Source: an uncultured Veillonellaceae bacterium
Lineage (GTDB): Bacteria; Bacillota; Negativicutes; JARBTT01
Length of the DNA stretch: 64,000 bases
Direction: 5' to 3'
Assembly (NCBI GenBank): GCA_963805085.1
Contig: CAWDTA010000002.1
Location: forward strand, 160,001-224,000
Shown piece after piece: positions 58,170 to 64,000 of the stretch. The notes beneath the pieces are model-generated. The model searched no databases. It saw only the letters and a list, made by a program, of their open reading frames with translations, and was not told where the DNA came from. Both the position numbers and the translations under genes were made by a program. Position 1 is the stretch's first letter. Each line of letters starts with the position of its first letter.

Positions 58170-60005
58170 TTAAATTTTAAACTCTCTAATAGCCTGTTGT
58201 AATTCTTCTGCCATTTTTGCTAAATGCTTACTTGCCGAAGCAATCTCTTCTACTGATGCCGATTGTTCTTCCGTTGCCGCCGAAATAGTCTGCGTTTGTT
58301 CAGATGTTTTTTGGCCTTCAGCATCAATGTCCTGTACAGCATTCACTACATTTTGAGTACCACTTGTAATCTCTTCAATAGAACCAGATATTTCATGAAT
58401 TTGGTTGGTCATGTCCCGAACCATTTTTAATATTTCTTCGAAACTTTGCCCCGCAGCTACTACAACATTTGCACCTGTATCTACTTCTTTTTTGCCATCA
58501 TTCATAAACATTACCGCACTATCGGTTTTAGATTGCACGTCATTGATTAACTCTGTTATTTGCTTTGCTGCATCTTGTGATTGTTCGGCAAGCTTCCTAA
58601 CTTCTTCTGCTACAACGGCGAAACCTCTACCAGCTTCACCTGCTCTTGCCGCTTCAATTGCCGCATTTAATGCCAAAAGGTTTGTTTGCCCTGAAATACT
58701 GGAAATAACATCAACAATTTTTCCGATTTGTTTTGATTTTTCTTCTAATTCGCCAATTACATTAGCAGTTGCATTGGTTTTTTCTTCAATTATTTTCATT
58801 TGGTTTACTGCTTGTTTTATTGCTTCTTCACCATCATTAGCTGTCATAGCTGTCTTCTCAGCAGAACTTGAAACTGTTTCTGTATTCACTGACACTTGAC
58901 TGATTGCATGAGATATTTGGTGTACTACGTTATTTGCGTTATTGGATAAACTTAATTGTTTTTCTGCGCCTTGCGCAACCTCAGTTACCGAACCTGCTAC
59001 TTGATTCGCTGCTTGAGCCGATTGTTCAGCACTTGTCGTTAACCCTTCTGCCGCTACAGACAAATTGTATGCCGATTTATTTATTACATTCAACATAGTT
59101 CGGACATTGGTACGCACATTTAGCAGTGCATCCGCCAACTGACCAACTTCATCTTTACTAGAAATATGTCGCGGTTTATCACTAAAATCTCCTTCGGCTA
59201 ACTGATTGGCGGTTTCCACCATTGAAATTATTGGATTTACAATTTTACCAATTACGACCAAAGCAATCACAGTTCCTAATAACAAAGAAACCAGCATAAC
59301 GATTCCAGAAACATACAATATCTTATTTGCTCCTTCATTAAAATCAGACATGTATGTACCTGCAACAACAACCCACCCCCAATTAGGATCTAACTTCTGG
59401 AAGGTTATCTTTTCTCCAAATGCCTGTGAGTTAGGTAAAGTCCAGGAATAATATGCAAATCCTCCATTAGGTTTAAGCGCTTGATTTATTTGTTCTTGCC
59501 CGACGAATAGACCATTCTCTTTCCCTTTTTCTTTTAACTCCCAAATATTAGAACCTTCGAGACTTGGATGAGCGATTTCTTCACCGTCCTGCGAATAAAT
59601 AATCGGATATCCGTTTTTGCCTAAAAATATATCTTTATTTATTGGGCGTTTTATTTCTTTTATTGTTTTTTTATCGCCTTGCTTATTATATTTGACTTCA
59701 ATGCTTTTACCTGTTTCTAGCGATTTTCCCAGAATATATATTTTTGTTTGTTCTTGTGCTTCTTCAAGAGAGATAGCACCTCTCTTAACTTCTTCATTCT
59801 TTGCATCAATGAGCATTAATATCATATTAACCGTATTCTCTAAAATAACTCTACCTTGTGCATCCAATTCTTTTTGAGCTATATAATAACTTGCAGTACC
59901 AATAGTAAGACTCACACACAACAAAAGCAAAATAACAGTTACAATAATTTTACTTTTAATCGTTTTTTTGATATCAAACAAATGCTTTAGCCAGTTCAAA
60001 TACAA
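58170..60005 (-). CDS. Methyl-accepting chemotaxis protein (Cache sensor, HAMP)
   Basis: [35 protein letters not shown]; two TMs; AHP...WGWVV Cache motif. Confidence 0.96.
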   Translation of the reverse strand: MYLNWLKHLFDIKKTIKSKIIVTVILLLLCVSLTIGTASYYIAQKELDAQGRVILENTVNMILMLIDAKNEEVKRGAISLEEAQEQTKIYILGKSLETGKSIEVKYNKQGDKKTIKEIKRPINKDIFLGKNGYPIIYSQDGEEIAHPSLEGSNIWELKEKGKENGLFVGQEQINQALKPNGGFAYYSWTLPNSQAFGEKITFQKLDPNWGWVVVAGTYMSDFNEGANKILYVSGIVMLVSLLLGTVIALVVIGKIVNPIISMVETANQLAEGDFSDKPRHISSKDEVGQLADALLNVRTNVRTMLNVINKSAYNLSVAAEGLTTSAEQSAQAANQVAGSVTEVAQGAEKQLSLSNNANNVVHQISHAISQVSVNTETVSSSAEKTAMTANDGEEAIKQAVNQMKIIEEKTNATANVIGELEEKSKQIGKIVDVISSISGQTNLLALNAAIEAARAGEAGRGFAVVAEEVRKLAEQSQDAAKQITELINDVQSKTDSAVMFMNDGKKEVDTGANVVVAAGQSFEEILKMVRDMTNQIHEISGSIEEITSGTQNVVNAVQDIDAEGQKTSEQTQTISAATEEQSASVEEIASASKHLAKMAEELQQAIREFKI

Positions 60006-60238
60006 CCGCCCCCATTAATAAATGTAAATTATTTCATCACATGTGTTGATTCCCAAATATTTCTATAGTATTAGACGAAAATATTGAATTTTAAGACATT
60101 AAAATATCTGAATATAAAAGCTTAAGTCTAAAGGATTTTACGATAATTTCATTACATTTTATGGATAGTCAACACATATAACTTGAAAAAACAGATTGCT
60201 ACAAATCCAAGGCAGTTGAGTGTGCTGATTTTTGGAAA

Positions 60239-60532
60239 TCATCCGCAGCGAAAAGATATACCTAAAGTTCCTTCAGGATATTTCCATTGTTTTATTCCTT
60301 TATCTTTACATACAATTCGACAAGTCCCACATTCTAAGCAACCAGCATAATCAAAGGTTATTTCACCATTTTCATTTAATTTATATACCGAAGCTGGGCA
60401 TACCACCAAACATGCTTTATTTTGGCACTTTGCGCAAATGCTTTTTTCTAATATGATGTGAGCATTTTCTTCATCAACCACAAATTTATTTAGCCCTAAT
60501 AGTTCATCGGCACCTTGTCTTCTTACGGTCAT
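60239..60532 (-). CDS. fixX: Ferredoxin-like protein
   Basis: CxxC...CPA...CLECGTCR, YPEG; follows fixC. Confidence 0.92.
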   Translation of the reverse strand: MTVRRQGADELLGLNKFVVDEENAHIILEKSICAKCQNKACLVVCPASVYKLNENGEITFDYAGCLECGTCRIVCKDKGIKQWKYPEGTLGISFRCG

Positions 60533-61815
60533 ATCGCTCTAAATCCTTTCCAGCCATCAGCAATGAGTTGACCTAAACGGATATGTCTTCTCATAATTTT
60601 TTTCATCGCACTTGGCATTTTTTCTGGCAGTTTCCCATCTACCGTAAACATAAACTTCATCATTTCATTCATCATCTCAGGATATTGTTTCGCCATACGC
60701 GGTATACTCGTAATTTCTGGCCAACCAGCAAATAGTTTCATCGTCGGAATCAGCTGCAATTCATGTAATTCTCTAACATAACTCGGGCCGACTTCCTGCC
60801 TAGATTTTGCACCTAGTATAGCTTGAGCTGCAGCAACTCCGCTTACAATCGCTAGATCGATTCCTCTAATCATCGTACCTGTATTTACACAAAACCCTGC
60901 GGCATCACCAACAATTAAGAACCCATCACGATATAATTGTTTCGGTACGCTATTCCAACCGTTTTCTGGTACTAAATGTGCACTATACTCACTTGTCGTA
61001 CCATCACCAATCATTTGATAAATTGCCGGATGCATCTTAAAGTCTTGATAAATATCGGCAATCTTTTTCTTTTGCTGGGCAAGTGCGGCTGGACTAAGGA
61101 CAATTCCTAATGAAATACTATCTTTGTTGGTGTACAAAAAGCCACCACCTTGTACACCATTTGTTTGCCCTAAAATGGCTCTAGCCGCCCCTTCGTCAGT
61201 GCCCACGTTGAATCTTTCTTGAATAATATTGGCTGGCAAGTTGATAATTTCTTTTACACCTACGCCAACTTCATGAGATGTCCAATCTTTTTTAAGTCCA
61301 GCTTTTTGCGCCATAAATGAATTTAAGCCATCGGCCGCAATAACAACATCGGCATACATTTCATCCTCGCCAGCTTTTACCCCAACTACTTTATCGTCTT
61401 TGATAATAAGATCATTGACTAGTATTCCTGTTGCAATCATTGCACCTTTTTCTTCCGCTTTACCAGCAAACCATTCATCAAATGGCGCGCGTAGTACAGT
61501 ATAAGATTGTGGCATTTCAGCTCTTGCCAAATCAGCATCAAAATAATCAATAGTTACGCCTGTATTTTCACCAAGCAACATAATTTGTTCTCTAACGACT
61601 TTCCGTTCCAGCACTGCTTCTTTATGTAAACCAGATTCTACTAGTTCTAAAGCATAAGTGTAAAGACGTCCACCAGTTACATTTTTACTTCCAGCTGTGT
61701 CCCCACGTTCTATGACTAGAACACTTTTCCCCTCACGTGCTAGGATATAGGCACAAGCTGCGCCAGCTGGGCCAGCACCTACGATGATGGCATCAAATTT
61801 TTCTTCGTCCCCCAT
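60529..61815 (-). CDS. fixC: ETF:quinone oxidoreductase-like flavoprotein
   Basis: GAGPAG, GSKNVTGGRLY, EYSAHLVPE, VGDAAG. Confidence 0.93.
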   Translation of the reverse strand: MGDEEKFDAIIVGAGPAGAACAYILAREGKSVLVIERGDTAGSKNVTGGRLYTYALELVESGLHKEAVLERKVVREQIMLLGENTGVTIDYFDADLARAEMPQSYTVLRAPFDEWFAGKAEEKGAMIATGILVNDLIIKDDKVVGVKAGEDEMYADVVIAADGLNSFMAQKAGLKKDWTSHEVGVGVKEIINLPANIIQERFNVGTDEGAARAILGQTNGVQGGGFLYTNKDSISLGIVLSPAALAQQKKKIADIYQDFKMHPAIYQMIGDGTTSEYSAHLVPENGWNSVPKQLYRDGFLIVGDAAGFCVNTGTMIRGIDLAIVSGVAAAQAILGAKSRQEVGPSYVRELHELQLIPTMKLFAGWPEITSIPRMAKQYPEMMNEMMKFMFTVDGKLPEKMPSAMKKIMRRHIRLGQLIADGWKGFRAI

Positions 61816-61844
61816 CAGCTCACCTCCCTGCCTTTCTCTACATT

Positions 61845-62774
61845 TTATTTCACTATTTTTTCTGTTAACAATGGCACGATATCATATAAGTCACCAACAA
61901 TCCCATAATCTGCTGCCTCAAAGATCGGTGCATTTTCGTTGGTATCAATTGCTACGATGATTTTCGAATCACGAATACCAGCGGCGTGTTGTACTTGTCC
62001 TGATACTCCCATAGAAATATAAAGTTGTGGTTTGACCTTTTGCCCAGATAAACCGATGTAGGCTTCGTTTGGCAACCAGTGATAATCTTCGGCAACACTT
62101 CTGGTACAACCAATTTCTGCGCCTAATTTATCAGCTAAGTCTTGTGCTAATTTCATATCTTCTTGTTTGGCAAGACCACGGCCAACGCAAATGAGTTTTT
62201 CTGCAGTTGTGATATCTGCACCTTGTTTAATAATTGGGCATACATTGCCGACTGTTACAATCTCTGCTACTTCTACTGTGATTTTTTCAGTTTTCCCGGT
62301 ACGACTTGGATCACCTTGCGCTGCATCATACGTACGTGGTTCTATCGTTACAATACTGGCAGGTGCTAGTATTTCTGTGCATACTGCAAGTCCACCATAC
62401 ATGATTCTTTCCGTCTCAATATTTCCGTCAATTACTTTGATGCTAAGCGCACTGTTTACAAGCCCTACATTTAGGTGAGCTGAAATTTTTGCGGCAACTT
62501 CTTTACCACGTAGTGTCCCACCGATTAAAAGCGTGGTTGGTTTTTCTTTACCAGCTATTTCTGCAATTGATTTTGCATAGCTTTCTGGCGAAACGCTATT
62601 TCCTTCTATTATAATTGCTTTATCAGCACCTCTTAAAATTAAGTCTAGAGAATTATCTTCCATAATATTTACTGCAATAAGTGGTTCTTTTAATGAATCT
62701 GCTAAACTACGGCCAATCGTTAATAACTGTTGCTCTACTATGTTATCTTCTGAATACACCCAAATTCCAGCCAT
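61845..62774 (-). CDS. fixB: Electron transfer flavoprotein alpha subunit
   Basis: VGRG, IGLSG, GVSGQVQH, APIFEAADYGIVGD. Confidence 0.93.
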   Translation of the reverse strand: MAGIWVYSEDNIVEQQLLTIGRSLADSLKEPLIAVNIMEDNSLDLILRGADKAIIIEGNSVSPESYAKSIAEIAGKEKPTTLLIGGTLRGKEVAAKISAHLNVGLVNSALSIKVIDGNIETERIMYGGLAVCTEILAPASIVTIEPRTYDAAQGDPSRTGKTEKITVEVAEIVTVGNVCPIIKQGADITTAEKLICVGRGLAKQEDMKLAQDLADKLGAEIGCTRSVAEDYHWLPNEAYIGLSGQKVKPQLYISMGVSGQVQHAAGIRDSKIIVAIDTNENAPIFEAADYGIVGDLYDIVPLLTEKIVK

Positions 62775-62790
62775 GATTGTTCCTCCCTTT

Positions 62791-63570
62791 CTATAGTGCG
62801 CCTTCTTTTGTAAGACTGGCGATTAATGCATTAACTTTTTCTTCTGGCGTACCATCTTTGTAAATGATATTTTTACGATTCATAACAAACCCTTTGATGG
62901 ATTTTACTTTATTTTTAGGTGTAATAGCTTCGGTAGCCAAACCTAAATCAGCCATACTGAGTTCAGTTGATGGTTTTTTAGCGGCTCCTAATACTTGTTT
63001 TAAACTTGGTATCCGTGGTTTGTTGATTTCTGGCAATACTGTGATTGCAACTGGGAACTCAGCAGTTACCACTTCACTGCAATCGCCGATTTTTCTGGTC
63101 GCTGTCACATGATTGCCTGTAATTGTTATTTCAGATACAAATGTAATGACTGGAATGCCTAGTAAAGTGGCAACTCGGGGTCCAACCTGCTGACCATAAG
63201 TATCTGCTGATCCTTCACCAAATAAAATCACATCGTATTCACCTATTTTTTTTATAGCCGCAGTCAGTACATTTGCTGTTACAAATCCATCTGCAATATC
63301 AGCTGCTGCATCATTTACCCAATAAGCTTTGGCCGGTCCGCGAGATAAAGCATCTTTTAATGATTGCTTTGCTTTACTATTTCCAAAGGTTAAGCTAGTT
63401 ACCATAGCATCACATTTTTCTGCCTGTAGTACTGCTTCCTCGATAGCATTTTTATCATATTCGCTAATTTTACTTTTTGCCCTGCCAATATCTAACGCTA
63501 GACTACCAGCGGTTATTTTAATATCTTGTTCATCTAAAACCCATTTATAACAAGCAATAATGTTAGCCAT
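62791..63570 (-). CDS. fixA: Electron transfer flavoprotein beta subunit
   Basis: YDKNAIEEA, ALSRG, GEGSADTYGQQVG, PRIPSLK. Confidence 0.93.
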   Translation of the reverse strand: MANIIACYKWVLDEQDIKITAGSLALDIGRAKSKISEYDKNAIEEAVLQAEKCDAMVTSLTFGNSKAKQSLKDALSRGPAKAYWVNDAAADIADGFVTANVLTAAIKKIGEYDVILFGEGSADTYGQQVGPRVATLLGIPVITFVSEITITGNHVTATRKIGDCSEVVTAEFPVAITVLPEINKPRIPSLKQVLGAAKKPSTELSMADLGLATEAITPKNKVKSIKGFVMNRKNIIYKDGTPEEKVNALIASLTKEGAL

Positions 63571-63625
63571 ATTAGCACTCCTTTATTAGTTAAGGGGCAG
63601 GCAAACTGCCCCTCCGTGTCTTTCA

Positions 63626-64000
63626 TTATTTTTTAGGGAATTTACCAGTAAAGTTTACTTTTGCTTTTTCAACAAAAGCAGTCATACCATCTTTTTGGTC
63701 TTCACTTGCAAAACATGCGCCAAAAATATAAGCTTCATATTGCATTGCATTTGGAATATCCATTTCTATACCGCGATTGATTGCATCTTTTGCAAAACGA
63801 ACTGCGATTGGGCTCTTGCTCATGATTTTCATAGCAAGTGCTTTTGCTTCATCAAGAAGAACTTCTGGTGCAACTACTTTTTGTACTAAACCAATTCGTA
63901 AAGCTTCTGGAGCTTTAACCATATCAGCGGAATAAATTAAATATTTAGCCATACCTCGACCAATAAGTCTTGGCATACGCTGCGTACCACCGAAGCCTGG
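63626..64000 (-). CDS. Enoyl-CoA hydratase/crotonase (3' part; start outside the window)
   Basis: PGFGGTQRMPRLIG, EALRIGLV, DQKDGMTAFVEK. Confidence 0.9.
   Translation of the reverse strand, partial: PGFGGTQRMPRLIGRGMAKYLIYSADMVKAPEALRIGLVQKVVAPEVLLDEAKALAMKIMSKSPIAVRFAKDAINRGIEMDIPNAMQYEAYIFGACFASEDQKDGMTAFVEKAKVNFTGKFPKK

Noticed and set aside
60006-60238. c-di-GMP riboswitch upstream of the MCP
   Set aside because: No GEMM-type conserved motifs visible on the coding strand.
1351-63889. Numerous short ORFs antisense to or overlapping well-supported genes
   Set aside because: They are shadow frames without RBS or recognisable motifs.
1-64000. CRISPR array or rRNA genes
   Set aside because: No regularly spaced direct repeats or rRNA-like sequence seen.

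Overview
Low-GC chromosome segment from what I infer is a spore-forming, flagellated diderm Firmicute (Negativicutes, Sporomusaceae-like). Almost all genes are on the minus strand. 1-36 kb is the conserved outer-membrane biogenesis supercluster (msbA, lpxB/I/A/C/L/D, fabZ, three OmpH, bamA, a sigma factor, tamB, tolC, mlaDFE, an S55 peptidase, flgJIHAGF) followed by mbl. The main finding is not in the ORF track: the mother-cell sporulation regulator gene spoIIID is split by a 8,967-bp element. The 5' half is at 45430-45309 and the 3' half at 36352-36215, and both carry the same 11-bp core ATATCTTTATG. Joining the halves gives an intact 82-aa SpoIIID in its canonical position upstream of mbl-flgF-flgG. 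Joining the element ends gives a 52-bp attP with 16-bp inverted arms centred on a TG/CA dinucleotide. The element encodes a large serine recombinase, an unlisted 53-aa ORF (candidate directionality factor), a Septu-like ATPase/HNH pair, a Fic protein, an AAA ATPase, a CAAX/Abi protease, and relics (tRNA-Ser fragment, resolvase plus res site, Fic fragment). It looks like a skin-like, developmentally excised defence island in spoIIID; excision itself is inferred, not shown. 45.6-64 kb holds a tandemly duplicated gerA-C-B operon, an HlyD/ABC-2 exporter with a LysR regulator, a chemoreceptor and a crotonase-fixABCX operon.
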